Assembly: GCF_963676685.1 (NCBI RefSeq)
Contig: NC_092353.1
Span: 38,068,001 to 38,132,000 of the forward strand
DNA: 64,000 nt
DNA from: Mytilus edulis
Taxonomy: Eukaryota
Direction of reading: 5' to 3'
In this document: in pieces, positions 23,954 to 38,874 of the stretch
How positions within the stretch are numbered: the first letter of the stretch is position 1
Layout: every line of letters begins with the position of its first letter
Made by a program: the position numbers and the translations under genes
The notes under the pieces: generated by a model
Database searches by the model: none
What the model was told of the DNA's origin: nothing
The model's input: only the letters and a program-made list of their open reading frames with translations

Positions 23954-24096
23954 ACTGTATAGCGAGGTGAATCATAGCTAGATCTGAAGGAGATGTTTCC
24001 TGTTCTGCCTGCTTGGTATTATTAACTGTAAAGTGAGGTGTGTCATTGCTAGATCTGAAGGAGATGTTTCCTGTTCTGCCTGCTTGGTATTATTAA
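23954..24096. repeat. ~71-bp tandem duplication
   Basis: gctagatctgaaggagatgtttcctgttctgcctgcttggtattattaa occurs twice. Confidence 0.9.
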
Positions 24097-24362
24097 TGCA
24101 AACTAATCATAATGAAATAAAATCCATAAAAGAACCTTAATCAACACAGCAAAAACATAGATCTTTATAAATTAGTTTTTTCGGCCACATCTTCATGTGT
24201 CTATCCTAAGATAGGAACTTCATCAGCTGTTGTCTTTTAAGATAGTTCAATCTTTATAATCGACACATTTGAGGAGTAGATAAGAACTACTCTGTCTGTG
24301 TCATTTTAGGTGTCAACTTTTTAATTTCTTTTTAAGATATCTATTCTCATGATTATGCTTTA

Positions 24363-24569
24363 TATAAACGTATTTACACTTTTGGTATTTAGCTGAATCT
24401 TGCCTCCGAATGACCTTAGATCTACTCCGAATCACCTTTTGACGTCAAGCAACAATCACTTTTAAATTGTGACGTCAAATAATTTAAATTATGATGTCAA
24501 AGTTTACGGGAACCTGTGTGATTTTACGTAATGGCGGACAAATTTTAATACATGTGTAAACACGTCTAT
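24363..24569. mobile_element. ~205-bp MITE absent from copy C
   Basis: TIR ataaacgtatttacac / gtgtaaacacgtctat; copy C reads tatgctttaaatgttgtcccc across the site (~39390-39410). Confidence 0.7.
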
Positions 24570-25329
24570 TGTTGTCCCCATCAGATAGTATGATGTGAAT
24601 ATCTGCAGATATCTTATTCTTCATGTATTTTTTTGTTCCTGTCACGTTGAAATATGCCACACACAAAACCTACATAGCATTTATAGTTTGGAAAAGAGTT
24701 ATCTCCCATGTTAAGTAATTTCTTCATTAAAGAAAATATAAGTTATCTCCCTTTTATTGTAATTTTAATTGACATAACTATTCAAATATACTTCAATGAA
24801 CATTAGGCATACAATTCTAAAATTGTTTAATAAATTGTTTATACTATACATCTTATGAAACTTTGCTATACATTTCTTATAATTATCTTATAAACATGAT
24901 AAAACCTTTCTATACATTTCTTACAACCATCTTATAAAACCTTGCTATTATGCTATACATTACTTATAAATTTATAATCATTTTATAAAACTCTGCAATA
25001 CATTTCTTAAAATCATTTTATAAAACCCTGCATTACATTTCTTATAAAATTTTGCTATATATTTCTTATAATCATCTTAAACATGTTTTTAAATCTGACT
25101 CCACTTAAAAACAAATTCATGACACAAGTTTGATTTTTTATTGTACATGTAACATGTTACAATAAAATGGTATTCATCTTCCATTGCAGCAATATATAAA
25201 TTTTAAATGTATGCACAATGACCATATGCATGCATATATATGTATATACAAATAAAGAACATAAAAAGAGCCCTTGCTTATAATATAAGGATACATTTTT
25301 TAATCCACTGTTTATACATATATGTCTCT

Positions 25330-26973
25330 TTAATGATCTTTCCCAGTGTGTATTCTCATATGAACTTTCAGGTTCCCATTCAAAGAGAATTCCTTTTGAC
25401 AAACATTACATTCATAACCTTTCTCACCAGTGTGTTTTCTCATGTGTATTTTTAATGATTGACTGTGCCTAAAACTTTCACCACACACATCACATGTAAA
25501 ACATTTCTCACTACTATGAATTTTCATGTGTATGTTCAAATTTCCACTTTGAATAAAACCTTTACCACACAAATCACATTTATAACAATAATCACCAGTA
25601 TGTATTCTTTTGTGAACTTTTAAATTGTTTGCATGTTTATAGTTCTTTCCACATATATCACATTTATGAGGTTTTTCATCACTATGTACTTGTAAATGTG
25701 ATATCACATGTTTCTTCTGACCAAAATATTTATTACAAATTTCACATTTGTAAGGCTTTTCGCCTGTATGTGTTCTGACATGTGCTTTCAAGTGTGGTTT
25801 CTGCTGAAAAGCTTTTCCACACTCATCACACTTGAAAGGTTTTTCCCCATTGTGTATTCTGGTGTGTAATCGCAAATTGTCAATTCTTTTAAATTTTGCA
25901 TCACATACATCACATGTATAGGGTTTATTATCAGTATGTGTTTTTAAATGTTCTTGTAAATGATGTCCGTGTCTAAAATCTGTACCACAAACTTTACACT
26001 TGAAAGGTTTTTCACCTGTATGTATTCTCATATGTCCTACTAAGTAATCATTACGAGTAAACCTTTTACCACACATTTTACACTCATATGGTTTGTCACC
26101 AGTATGGGTTTTCATATGAGTTTTCAAAGTTTGGCCTGCTTTAAACACTTTAAAACATATATCACATTCAAAAGTATTCCTTGTTTTATCCGAATGTATT
26201 TTTTTATGGTGTTGAAAGATTTCTCTCCAAGCAAATGTTTTGTTGCAAACATCATATTTATAAGGCCTTTCACCAGTATGTATTCTCTTATGTGACTTTA
26301 AGTCAGAACCTTGATTAAACTTTTTACCACAAAACTCACATGAGTGATGTTCATCACCTGAATGTAATCTCATGTGGGTTTTTACATCCGCTTTGCGAGA
26401 AAAACCCTTATTGCAGACATCACATTCAAAGGGTTTCTTGCTTGAATGTATAATCATATGAGCCTTTAAAGAATTATTTTGTGCAAAGTCTTTATTGCAT
26501 ATATCACATTTATATGATTTGTCACCTGTGTGCATTTGCATGTGTTTTCGTAAATAAGCTCTCTGTTTTAATTGTTTACCACACACTTCACATGTGTATA
26601 AAGGTCTTTCCTCACCAGCATGCGTTCTCTTGTGTCTAGATAATGTACCACTATCACTAAACTCTTTACCACATACATCACATTTATATGGTTTCTCACC
26701 AAAATGGACTCTCATATGCACCTTAAAAACATTTCCATAATTAAAATCTTTTCCACATATGTCACAGTTATACGGTCGTTCGCCATTGTGTATTCTCATG
26801 TGTGGTGGTAAACTAATTTTGCTTCTAAACTCTTTATTACAAATTTCACATTTGTATGTTTTTTTCTTTTGAGTATGAGTTTTCAAGTGTGTTTGAAAGT
26901 GGTCCTTTCGACAATACTGTTTGTCACATGAAATGCATTTGTAAATTTTTTTTTCACTATTTTGTGCCATCAT
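25330..26973 (-). CDS. C2H2 zinc-finger array protein, 19 fingers, copy B
   Basis: Same ORF as copy A with about 8 nucleotide differences, two non-synonymous (KKNY>KKIY, YRRK>YCRK). Acceptor at 27235. Shares the finger-9 Cys>Tyr change. Confidence 0.93.
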   Translation of the reverse strand: MMAQNSEKKIYKCISCDKQYCRKDHFQTHLKTHTQKKKTYKCEICNKEFRSKISLPPHMRIHNGERPYNCDICGKDFNYGNVFKVHMRVHFGEKPYKCDVCGKEFSDSGTLSRHKRTHAGEERPLYTCEVCGKQLKQRAYLRKHMQMHTGDKSYKCDICNKDFAQNNSLKAHMIIHSSKKPFECDVCNKGFSRKADVKTHMRLHSGDEHHSCEFCGKKFNQGSDLKSHKRIHTGERPYKYDVCNKTFAWREIFQHHKKIHSDKTRNTFECDICFKVFKAGQTLKTHMKTHTGDKPYECKMCGKRFTRNDYLVGHMRIHTGEKPFKCKVCGTDFRHGHHLQEHLKTHTDNKPYTCDVCDAKFKRIDNLRLHTRIHNGEKPFKCDECGKAFQQKPHLKAHVRTHTGEKPYKCEICNKYFGQKKHVISHLQVHSDEKPHKCDICGKNYKHANNLKVHKRIHTGDYCYKCDLCGKGFIQSGNLNIHMKIHSSEKCFTCDVCGESFRHSQSLKIHMRKHTGEKGYECNVCQKEFSLNGNLKVHMRIHTGKDH

Positions 26974-29900
26974 ATATGTTGTTACTAACACAACTTATCA
27001 GTCAATATAGTGTATCACTGACATTGATAATGATGTCATATACTCGACTATAACATCTGTTGTTGCCGTCATTAAAAAACTCTGTGACTATATGATGCAG
27101 TGTGTGTTGTGGACATCTTTTCTCATCTTCTTTTCATCAAAAAGTTATCATTAGAAAAATTTGTCTTCTTTTCCTGGTAGTGTCTAATCTGCAGTATCAC
27201 TTAAGCATTAACAGACTTGACAGTCAAAAGAAAACCTGTAAAAGATCAAATCAGAATCAAAAATTAAAAATAAATACAAGAAGTTCAAAAGTACCATTGA
27301 AAGTTTCATTGAGTTTATCATAGGGACATTAGCTACCAGATATATAAAAAAATATGTCTGATATTTTTTATTCAATCATTTATGAAAGTAAAATGACAAT
27401 TCGTTTTGGTCCAACAAGTCTCAATAACATTGATGATCAATTATTCACTTGCAAGTGAATACTTCAATCTCATTGAATCTGTATTCATGTGACCTTCAAT
27501 TTAATCCCTTAACTAGAGATCGATTATGCATGTTAAGTAATGAAACGGAAGATAATGTCAACATTAAAACCTGAAATTAAAAAGACAATTGCACAAGGTT
27601 TCTATCTGTTTATGTTTATATCATGTTATGTGACCGTTGTCAGTTTTCAGAGGTCATCTCCATAATCAATTAGATGGCATCTAGACTTTAACACGCACAA
27701 AATTCTGTATACCATCTTGTATATGCATTGTTGACTGTTTCTTTCAGATTTTTTTATATGTGTTTTACTATATCATAAATCAAATATGAGAATTTAAGTC
27801 AAATAGGTGAACATGATTTTTACAACTAGTGCCCCATGAAAGATAAATAAATGATAAATACATTGTATATTATAGTACATGTATTGAAAATTCCGAAGTT
27901 ATTGCATGCATTTATTATTGTGATTTTGTCATATTTACTAAATTGCAATTTTAATTTTTGTGATAATGATATTCAGAAAAATTCTGTCATATCGATCTGT
28001 TTGATTCATTATTGCGATTATAACCCTGTCATGCCTGTTGTATTTTTTGCAATAATAAATTTCTGTATTTAAATTATATAAAAGCAAAAACATACTGCAG
28101 GCCTATGGTAAGATTGAACAGTTTGCAATCATTTATAACTTTTAGATGTCTTATAAATTGTTATATATGTGTCAAATAGAACCTGATTGTGGAATATCTG
28201 TTTGTCAGGTACAGACATTGACCAGGGTTCTCGTTAAGGATTTTTGAATGCGAGCCCAGGAACTCGCCATTTTTGGCCATGATGAGTCCAACAGCAAGAA
28301 GAAAATATTTTATTGCAATAAATGTAATATTTTAGTCTCTATTTCCTAACAGAGCAATGACATTAAATTCAGATCACTTTTAAACTTTAGCTATAAAATG
28401 ATGATATTTGTGTTTAACTCATACTGTGTTCAGTTTATAAAATATTTCAATCTTGATGCATCTGTGGACTCACCAGTTTTGAAAATGGTGAGTCCAGACA
28501 GATTTTGATGAGTCCAGGACTCATGGACTCGCCTTAGTGAGAACCCTGAAATTTGACCCTATCAGTGGAATTATCTGCAAAATATAAATGTATGAAGATC
28601 AGGACAATAGCCTCAAATTGATCAATATTTTCCCTTAAAAAAATCATAGCTTGTTCTTTTCCTTATAAAAGGCTACTAGACATGTATCTTTTTTTGAAAA
28701 ATGTACATGTATGTTCAATGACTCCAGTTTCCTTGTGTTTTTATTTTATTTTGTATTTTGTTTTTAATGTTGCTCAGTATGTATGTAAACTTTCTGAGGA
28801 GTTGCACTGACAAACTGTTACAGTAATATACTAGGGACTAGGGTCAACATTTTAAATCTCAAAGAGGCATAACTCTTAAAAAAAATATCATAATTTCTTC
28901 TTGATCATATTGATCACAGACGACACAGAGGGACAGAAGGATCAGGGGCAAATACAGCCATTTTTCATAAGCAATATTTTTTACCTGGGGCTAGTATTAG
29001 TTATAACACTCCTAGGTGTTATATTTTTAAGTGAGGATTTTGCTAATATACATGATGTATATACATTCAGGGGTTAAAAAATGTTGTTACAGATAACTAG
29101 CCCAGGACTTATTGGCAGCAGGATTTTACTAGCCCTGTTCGAAGAACTGCTAGCCCATCAAAACTGACCTGCTAGCACATGTATGCCTTACAAATCAGAG
29201 TTTGCTGCATAATACATGGTGGGTGTCATGTTTTGAAGGTGACATTATACACCGTTTTAAACTAGTTTATTTGCTGGCAGAGAAAACATGTTTATTGGTT
29301 TTATCGTGTGAAACAAGTGGTTTAATTATTATATTAGTTGTCCACACATACAAGGGAGACCTTTTATTGGGATGCTCGGGAAAACACTGGCAATATTCGC
29401 AGAACATGGTCTTGGAAATTTCATCCTGGCGCCACAGCCGACCTTGCCCAGGGGAATCTTTCTGTCCATGTCACTAGATATGTTCTTTTCCGCTTTTCCC
29501 GATTGTATTTTACATTTTTTCTAGATGAATTTTCAGCCTCAATAGTACCCCATTCATCTACCGATTAATTGAAAATCTCGACAGAAGCAATGTACAATAC
29601 CCCCTGTACTGAGAAATCGATATTAAAAGTGTGAGATATTGCAATCAATAGATGATATCTGGCCACCCTGAGTTATTTGTTCTATTTTTAAAACATGTAA
29701 CTGTACAACAGAGTTGCGTTCAATATCGTAGGGTTACGTAGTGCTACATAGATTTTTGTCTACTGAACGAGTAGCTAGCCTAGCTGCTATCAATATCTAT
29801 GTAGCAGCTAGGCTAGCTACTCGTTCAATAGTCATAAATCTGCATAGCCCTAAGTAGACGCTACGATATTGAATGCAACCCTAGACCTGTACAAACCAGT

Positions 29901-31395
29901 TCAAATGCATTGAATCCCGGATGACGTAATTGAATCTGATTGACTAAGATAGAATAGGGATGAAGGGATTTTCCAGTTATCTATTTTGGAAACGCCAATA
30001 ATGTTTTGTTACTAGTCCGTCGGGCATATTGGGTTAAAGTTTTGATTGCCCGAGGCGCAAATGATCTAGTCCCGGGCGTCGGGCTAGTGGATTTTTTAAC
30101 CCCTGACATTTAAGAGATTCCTTTGCTAATCAATTTTCATTATACTTTTAATAGACATATTTACACATTTGGTAGCATATGGCAAAATCAAGGGTACTTT
30201 ATTCAAATGATTTGAACCACATGACTTTGTCCCTTTTGATCAAATTACCTCCCTTAGCTTAAGATTGAAAACATCATTTATTTTAGATTTGCGGATAATC
30301 CAGTCATTTTCCGTAATGTATCTAAAACTAATGTATCTTTAAAAACTTCCTTTGGCAGTATTTACAAAAAATGCTGTTTAATTCTAAGGGAAAATGCTTA
30401 AAATTTGACCTTTTACAAAATGGGGAGGTTTAAATCATCATGTTTTTAAAAGAATTTGGCCAAAAACTCAAGAAAGCAGGTAAGTTAAAAAGTTTTTTAA
30501 CTTTAAAATTCAACCTACAAAGTGTTTCCCTGTATGCAAACAAATCATGAACAATATCTTCTTCCATATATGTATAAATTTCTGTTTTGAATCTTGCTAT
30601 TTTAAGATTTTCTTTCATTTTATATGATCTTATATATACATAGCAATTATACTATGATTACGCTTCCGATTTTTAAACTAAAAAGGCCGAAAGATTTCAG
30701 AGTAGACAATGTCTATTTGTACACGGACAGAAGCCTTAAAACGTGTACAATTCACCCATATATGCGAACAAATTGTTCATTCGACATAGGTATTGGCATA
30801 CTAACATTTTTATTTAAGGGGACTTATACATGTATAATCCTATTGTAATGGCTGCCGTCATGATAAGGCAAAATGGTCGCTATGCAAATTAGCAAATTAC
30901 CCTAAATTTTGCCATAAGAGTCAGCTTAATTTTGTCTCAAAATGACCCATCTGCGATCAGGTGATTGTCCCATGCATGGATAGAAACATTTTTAAGAAGT
31001 GCCTTTGCTTTTGAACTGTTTTATTCTTGTTGTTTTTCATTTGTTGATTTATTTACAGCGCAAGCATGAACTTTGCAACTTTTTTTTTCAAACATAAACA
31101 TGCCACCATTTGTGACCAAATACTTTTTGCACTTCTATGTATGTTCAATTTTAGCAACAGCGGTCATGTTTGTGGTTAGAATAAATTTCTGGATAAATAC
31201 ATCATACAATATTAAAATGTTAATGTTTTAATTTATCAGTTGGTACTAAAAAAAAAAAATACAGGGACCCAACGTGCCTGCGTAGACAAACAGATCGTTC
31301 ATTATTTTAAAATTTAGTGTGTACTATATTGAAACAACATGAAATTAAGAAGGGCTAAAAATGAGGAATCGGCGCCAAAAGTGAAGGACAAATAC

Positions 31396-31579
31396 CTGAA
31401 ATATTAAATATGTATTTCTCGCTGAAATACTTATATCCTTTTGATATTTCTTTGTCTCCCTGACTCCTACTTCCTGATTTTACAACAGACTCGACAAAGC
31501 TAAAATTGATGGCCGGTAAACAAGTCAAATCCTTCGTAGAAGTATGCTCTGTTAGTTTTTCGATGTCATTTGCCGCCAT
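31396..31579 (-). pseudogene. Orphan first coding exon, copy B
   Basis: Same exon and donor as 6699-6882; its upstream region is not interrupted by the Penelope-like insertion. Confidence 0.45.
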
Positions 31580-34500
31580 ATTGTTTACTTTAGTGACCGA
31601 ATATAGCCTCGTTCTGAACATGTTATGAATATTTATGAGCATCTCATCAAGAACGGAGTATGGTCATAGATCTATGGAAAGCCAACGGGGTCAAAATTCT
31701 TAATTCGTAAGTTGTCAATTCGTTACTTGTAACTGTGTAATTTCTAAATTGTTAATTCGTAAATTGTTAATTTGTAACTTGTTACTGTGAAATTCATAAT
31801 GCTTAAAATTCGTAAATTATCAATTTGTAACTTGAACCTTTGTAGTTTTCTTAATCGGTAAATTGTCAGTATGTTACTTGTAACTGTGCAATTTCATTCG
31901 TAAATTGTCGATTTGTAACTTGTACCTTTGTATTAAAATTCCACATTCTTCATTTGTTAATTGTCAATTTGTATAACTTGTAGATTTCAAAATTCCTTAT
32001 TAGTAAATTGTCTTTTTGTATATTGATGGTTTGTAACTTGTAACATGTGACTTGTCGATTCGTGAATTGTCGAAGTGTGAAATGTCGAAGTGTAAAATGT
32101 CATCGTTGTATTATGCTAACGATCATTATGACGACAGATGGCGCTCGGGTTCTTCTTCTGTGTATAAGCCTCCTGTAAGTAGGAGCACCACCATATGGAA
32201 TATATACCAAAGGAGTTTAAATCAATTATGTACAGCGCATACATATAAAAGATAACAAATAGATAAATACATTCATTTTGTTTGTTTTATATGGCATGTA
32301 TAAAAGGGACTCGGTTTTATATTGAGGTAACTTCGTATAAACATGTTAGTTTACTGTACTGGTCACCAAACCTGCAATGAGGTGTGTCACTTCCTTAATA
32401 AGGTATATAGATGTGTCGCTGGAACGGGCTCCCTTATCAACTTCGCAAATATATTACTGTCACTTGGCAAGAAATTTCTACTTAATATTTCACCGGGTCA
32501 AAACGAGACTAAAAACGAGACTAAAAACATGAAATATAAGACGGTGCTGGAAAAATACTAATATTGTCCTGGGCCCGCAAATTTTTTGACAACCATCATT
32601 CATTAATATTATAATCTCAATATTAAAATTTCAGAAAAGAATGTAATTATCTAATGATATGTTTTAATACAAGAAACAAATGGACGAACATTCTTTATTT
32701 AGTTGGCTCCTGAGTAATGAAAATAAATCAGGAATCTGATGTACGTACAGTAGTTTGTTTATGTAATTTATACGTGTTTCTCGTTTCTTGTTTTTTTTTA
32801 TATAGATCAGACTGTTGGTTTTCTCGTTTGAATGGTTGTATACTAGTAATTTTGGGGCCCTTTATAGCTTGTTACTCGGTGTGAGCCAAGGCTCCGCGTT
32901 GAAGGCCGTATCTTGACCTATAATGGGTTACTTTTATAAATTGTTATTTGGATGGAGAGTTGTCTCATTGGCGCTCATACCACATCTTCCTATACCTATA
33001 AAAAATGTTTAATGATATCATATAAGTACTTTGCAAAACGAACTGAATGAAAAATTATTTTAAATGAGTCACTTAGTTGATGTATACTTTATATCAAAAC
33101 TGTGTTGAATATGCACTTTTTTGTAATAAAATCTAAAGGAACCAGAAAACTAATCGAGGCCCTAAAATTTGAGATATTGCTGGGCCGTATAACTACATTG
33201 AGGCAAATGAGGCAAATGCCTCATGTTAGAAATTCCCCCCTGCCCCCCCTAAAAAAATTGAAACAAAAGATTGTCTTCATATCAAATTGTTTTTTCACGG
33301 AAAGTGTCTTTCAAGACGCAAGTTCTCTTCACTCTTTGGTGTCGCCCCTGCATGTTTTTTTGTTTTTCCATGTTTCTATTTTTCTTTTAGTTTTCAGAGT
33401 TGATGGTCAATTGTTTGTACTTCTGTGTCCCAGGTTTGTCTTTTGTTCATTTATTGTCCTACTTTATGACTATAGTCTGAGCGTTGATTTTCATTTGTAA
33501 ACGTGGTTTTGCAATGTTGCATGTCCACCGATGTCCAGACATTGTGCGAGAAAATATTTTAAGAATATACGATGCTACTGGACACAAAAAAAATGGTCCT
33601 TTCTGCATGGATAATTGATATCAAAGAATACAAAACAGTTTTTTTGTAAATAAAACTAGATAGCTGACATGGTTTGAATTAAAGTAAGGTCACCTATTAC
33701 CCGGTATCAAATAATTTGAAAAAAACAACCACAAGGTAGTGCCATATATGACCTTTCACATTGAAGGGTTAAACTTGCATTAAGTCGTGTTGAGAAAATC
33801 ACCTTCAGAGGAACTTATCGACACAAAGTCATTGCATAAAAAAATACAAATGATCAATAGTCAAAGTTTTTGTTCCTGTTTTTCATCTTGATAATTGCTG
33901 GAGGGTCTTCAACAATACTTTGAGAGAATCATTAATACCGTAACACAAGGTGAAGAAGTGTCCCTAGTGTGAACTAGTACTTAAAGTATAATACTGCACT
34001 GTCACTATATTTAAATCTAGTTTAAAAAAAAAGTCTAAGCACAATCCAAGACAAGAACAGATAGACAGATCCGGTATTAATAATTATGAGAATTACAATT
34101 TTTGCTTTATCCTACATATCGGTCTTTTAATGTTGTATCTAGAACCTTAAAGTCTTAAATTACAGTGAATCTATGTTTTTGCTTTGGGACCAGAATATTG
34201 TCGAAAAAAAAATAGCAAAAAAAAAAACCCAAAAATTAATTAAGCCGTTTCAATGCAAGGAGAGTCTGGGAAACGTTCAGAATGCACGACTTTGCGTTAT
34301 TTTTCTCAGAGCTTCTCCTAAAAAATATTCGCCTCGCTACGCTCGGCAAATGTATTTTGCCTCACTATCAAAAGAGGCTAGTTACAGCCCTGTATTGTCA
34401 ACCAGAATGCTAGAAAACCGCATATATTTTAATGGTCAGGTCAATAATGGGATATCATATGGTCAATAGTATGGGACAAGAACACATCTACAAACATCAA

Positions 34501-37188
34501 TAAGTTTGAAAGAATACAGCGACAACCTGTGAGATTTATAACAGGAGAGTACAAATCCAGAGAAGTTGGTTGCGTCTCAAACATGCTCACAAAACATAAA
34601 CTATACAAGACACACAGACAAGACGCTCAAGACATAAGCTAATATTTCTGTACGAGGTGGTCGCAGTGCTATAGAACCAGACAATCTTCCTATATCAATT
34701 TAAAAAAAAACTCGTCCAAAAAGAACACTAAATAGCTGTCAAGGGCCCGATTTAACAATGATCAGTCAAGAAATGTTGTGAACAAACATGCAGATAAAAA
34801 ACTACACGAGATATTTTGAAATCTCAACGAGTAAAATACAACAATATTCTAAATCATTTTTCGTAAAAATAGTATTCGAATAGAACCATATTGAAGAAGC
34901 GTAGTGCGTACACCGAGCGTTGACAGCCGTTCAGAAACTACTCTCGTGCATCGTCAATACATCGACGGCGCTCTCTCTACCGTTGTATTAAAGCCGGTAT
35001 TTGTATCCACAACGTTCTCCTACAGATACAGATCTAAAATGATCATGGTACAAAATCGAAATATACTAGGAGGTGTCCCCTCTACATATTTTTAACGACC
35101 ATGATCGTTAAACTATGAAACTGTTTATTTTTTACTACACGCGTCACCTATACATAAATTTGAGAATGAAGATGGGGAATGTATCAAAGAGACAACAACC
35201 CGACCATAGAGCAGACAACAACCGAAGGCCACCAATGGGTCTTCAATGCAACGAGAAACTCCCGCACCCGTAGGAGTTCTTCAGCTGGCCCCTAAACAAA
35301 TATGTATACATACTAGTTCAGTGATATACCGGACGTCATACTGAACTCCGAATTATACACAAGAAACAAAAAATTAAAAATCATACAAGACTAACAAAGG
35401 CCAGTGTTTTTTTCGAAATCTCAAACCCCCCTTCCTAATACTCCCACTTTTAAACAAATTGACGCCCTCTCCCTCTGACTTGTCAGAGAAAAGATCTTGC
35501 CATATCGCCATTTGCATGAAGGAGGCAATTATCTCTTATATATGCTTACACTAATCATACCCCACGCAACGAAGTTGCGGAGGGTGTAATGTTTTGACCC
35601 GTCCATCCGTACGTCAGCCCATAGGTCATGTTTCTTGTCATCGCAACTCCTCTCAAACCACACAACAGAATTTCATGATAATAAGGACATACTAAGTAGA
35701 TTTGCATATCGACAAGAAATTGCAATTCAATTTTTTTTCTAGAAGTTACGCCCCTTTTAACTTATGTGCTTCGATATACCTCTGCAACAGTTAATCGTCG
35801 CAACTCCTCTGAAACCACACCACAGAATTTCATGAAACCTTGTAGATAATAAGGACATACTATGTAGATGTACATATCGACAGGAAATTATGATTCATTT
35901 TTTTTCTTATACAACTTTTTTTTTCTTACAGTTATTTTATTTCTCCAGTGACAATGTGGGGACGTGGGGCCATGATGTGTGCGCGCTCACTAAGGTTCTT
36001 AAATTTTATTTCTCCACGAAAATATTTGCACATTATTTGGGGTTTGTCCAAAGAAGTATGTATTTGGTCATTTTTTAGAGTAAAATGATAGCCTGGGATC
36101 CTGGCTGACTGCTCGACAGAAGAGCCAGGCGGAATACAACCTGCAATAGGTTATTTAGGATTATATTGTTACGAATTCATTTTTTATTTTATATTTGACA
36201 TGCAAATTTAAAAAAAAAAAGTATATTCATTAACATCGTGAATCATTTCAGTTAATGAACGATTGACAACATGTGAGATTTAGTACGGTTGCCGGGCTAT
36301 AAGGAGGTGTTGCACCAGGTGGGGTTCATATCGGGAGTACGGGGCTTTTGAGATCGAGGGACCCGTGAATATTTTGGTCTTTTTGGTGGTACATTTTTAT
36401 TGTAGGAAATCTGGTAGCGGCAATTTTTAAGCTTCTTGACCCGAAAAATTCAGTAGGCATATATATTTATACATAAAATTGAGAATGGAAATGAGGAATG
36501 TGTTAAAGAGACAACAACCCGACCATATAACCGACAACAGTTTGACATTTCTGCTAATATTGTTTAAAGACATTAGTTGTCATAATTGAAAACTTCTCAC
36601 ATTTAGGTAGGTTAAACAGACAATTTTTTATGTGGCTGTATTGTTTTTAAGTCCAATAAAATCAGAAAACAGAAATCCTGTCGAAACATTTATATGACAA
36701 AAAGTCCAACCATAATATCAAACCTTTACAAAGACGAGAGAGAGTCGAGGATATCAAAGGGACATTCAAACTCACAAGTTGAAAATAAGTGAACAACGCC
36801 GTTACTAAAAAGGGGGGAAAAAACCAGATAGATATACTAAAGATTATATTTAAACAACCTTAACAACATAAACCAACCAAAAAAATGGGGTTAAAGTAAG
36901 ATGCTCAGAAAAGGTAAGCAGTTTCTGCTCCACAAGTGACATGGCAAACATAACAAAACAATTGTCCAAATAGTTATTATAGAATTTCTACCACTTTAAC
37001 TCTTTATTTCCAAGACACTGTTACTTTCACATTGATAGAGATGTTTACAATTACTAGTTTTTAATGCAATTGCTTTTATGCCATCCCATATAGCCATCTT
37101 TGTGACGTATTTCAGAGACTCACAGTTGACTTGAACTAAGTATTGTATTCAAATGCATAATGAATACAAAATTCGTTTCTTTTTCTAG

Positions 37189-38039
37189 AATAAACAGGAT
37201 TGAAAAAATGTTGGAAAGCAGTAAGCAGAGGAATTGCAAACTAGAATATTTATTCTGGAAAATTGAAAAAGCCAGTTTTTTCTTTGATGTTGACAGAAAT
37301 GAACTTGTAGCAAAGTATCTTTTTGAGATAGAAAGTACCTGTGATGTTGTTACAGCCATAGGTACTGCTTTGGCCCCTGTTTTTGGAATTTATTTCCTCC
37401 TCAAAGGAAAATTTTACATGCGAAGAAAGCAGCTGGAAAATGCAGTAAAAGATCTTACAATGGCCCAGAAATTGTTCAACGAACATAAATTTGTACGACA
37501 TCGTTATATGTATCATATTACAAATATTTATGAAAAAATAGGTCAAACTTATCTTATGCTTGATCCACCTGCAGTAGAAGAAGCCAGAGAAAATCTGTAT
37601 GCTGCTTTTAAGAAAGCTGAAGAAAAAGTTGAAAATTTTTATAATTTGGACATCCCTTCATTTATTGCAAGCATTGGTCGATTGTGGTATGTAATAGGAC
37701 TAAAAGAAAACGAATTGAAAAATACAAAAGAGGCGAAAGAAAATTTTGAAAAATCCGTTAGATATTACACAAAAGCTATGGCTTTGGACACGCAAATGAA
37801 TCTACACAAGTATGACAATTACGCTGATAAATTAGTGAAACGAGCTGAATCCTACGATGAGCTTGGATTGTTGAAAGTTTCTGGTGCATTTAGTGATGCT
37901 GTAAAAGATATCAAAGAAGCAGATAATATTAGAAGGAAAATCCTGCAGCCTCCTCACTATAAATGTACACATACACCACATCTAGTGGGCAAAATCCTCT
38001 TGCACAAGGCAAAACAGGAGTATGACAAGAAACAAAAAG
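37189..38039 (+). pseudogene. Intact TPR-like exon, copy B, with downstream exons deleted
   Basis: Acceptor ttctttttctag| and donor AG|GTATGG; 851 bp with an open frame. Homology to copy A stops at 39099, before the next exon. Confidence 0.8.
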
Positions 38040-38280
38040 GTATGGCTGTTTTTATAGCTGTATGTTATGGGTTTTTCCCATACCCTTGACAAATGGTGGT
38101 GTAGGGGGTATGTAAAATCCTGATCTCCTTATTTGATCTTACCTGGCAGAGAGACTTGAAAATTGTAATAAATAGATAGAAACTTTGAATAACGCAAATG
38201 AACAGCAAGACATGATCTACAAATAAGCCATAATACTTGAAATCCTCCATCCCATCGATATTGGAGTTATTGCCCTTTAA

Positions 38281-38874
38281 GGTGGTATGGGTGTCTTCCT
38301 CCATCTTGGATTGTAAAAAACAGAGAATCAAAGGTCCAGATTTTCCATCAAGTTAGCAAAATTTGATGCAGGAATGCAGATGTTTAATGTACATTTTCAT
38401 TTAAAAGTACCAATTTATAAGAATATAACTTCTAAATATTGAAATTTTTGCAAATGTTAATTATTTTTGGTTGTTTTTTTTTTTTTTTTTAAATTGGCAT
38501 TTTAAGGGGAGGTTACTCTAAAAAAGTACATTTTCTGAAGGATTCTGTATGAAATTTTCCTATTTTGTATTTTAGCCGGAAAAAACGTACGGTGACCCTA
38601 TCTTTTCTTTTGATATTCTCAAAGCAGTGTCTGAAAGCTATCTTTTCCTGAAGTATTTAACAATTCTATCATTATGTTTAGTTTCTAATCACAAAATGGT
38701 GTTTTTTCCTGTATAATCCATACAAAATGTGTCATTTTGTCCCGTCCTGTAGCTTGAGAAAATGCGCGGTGACCTATCATTTTTATTATATTTTTCAAAA
38801 TGTATCAATAGATACAACGTTTTGGCAAAGTATGAACAAATTCTATCATTTTTATTTTAGACTCCCATACCACC
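38281..38874. mobile_element. 594-bp MITE with TTAA TSD and GG...CC ends (Kolobok-like), copy B only
   Basis: 16-bp TIR ggtggtatggg[t/a]gtct; TTAA at 38277-38280 and 38875-38878; empty site gccctttaatgata at ~15211-15224. Confidence 0.92.
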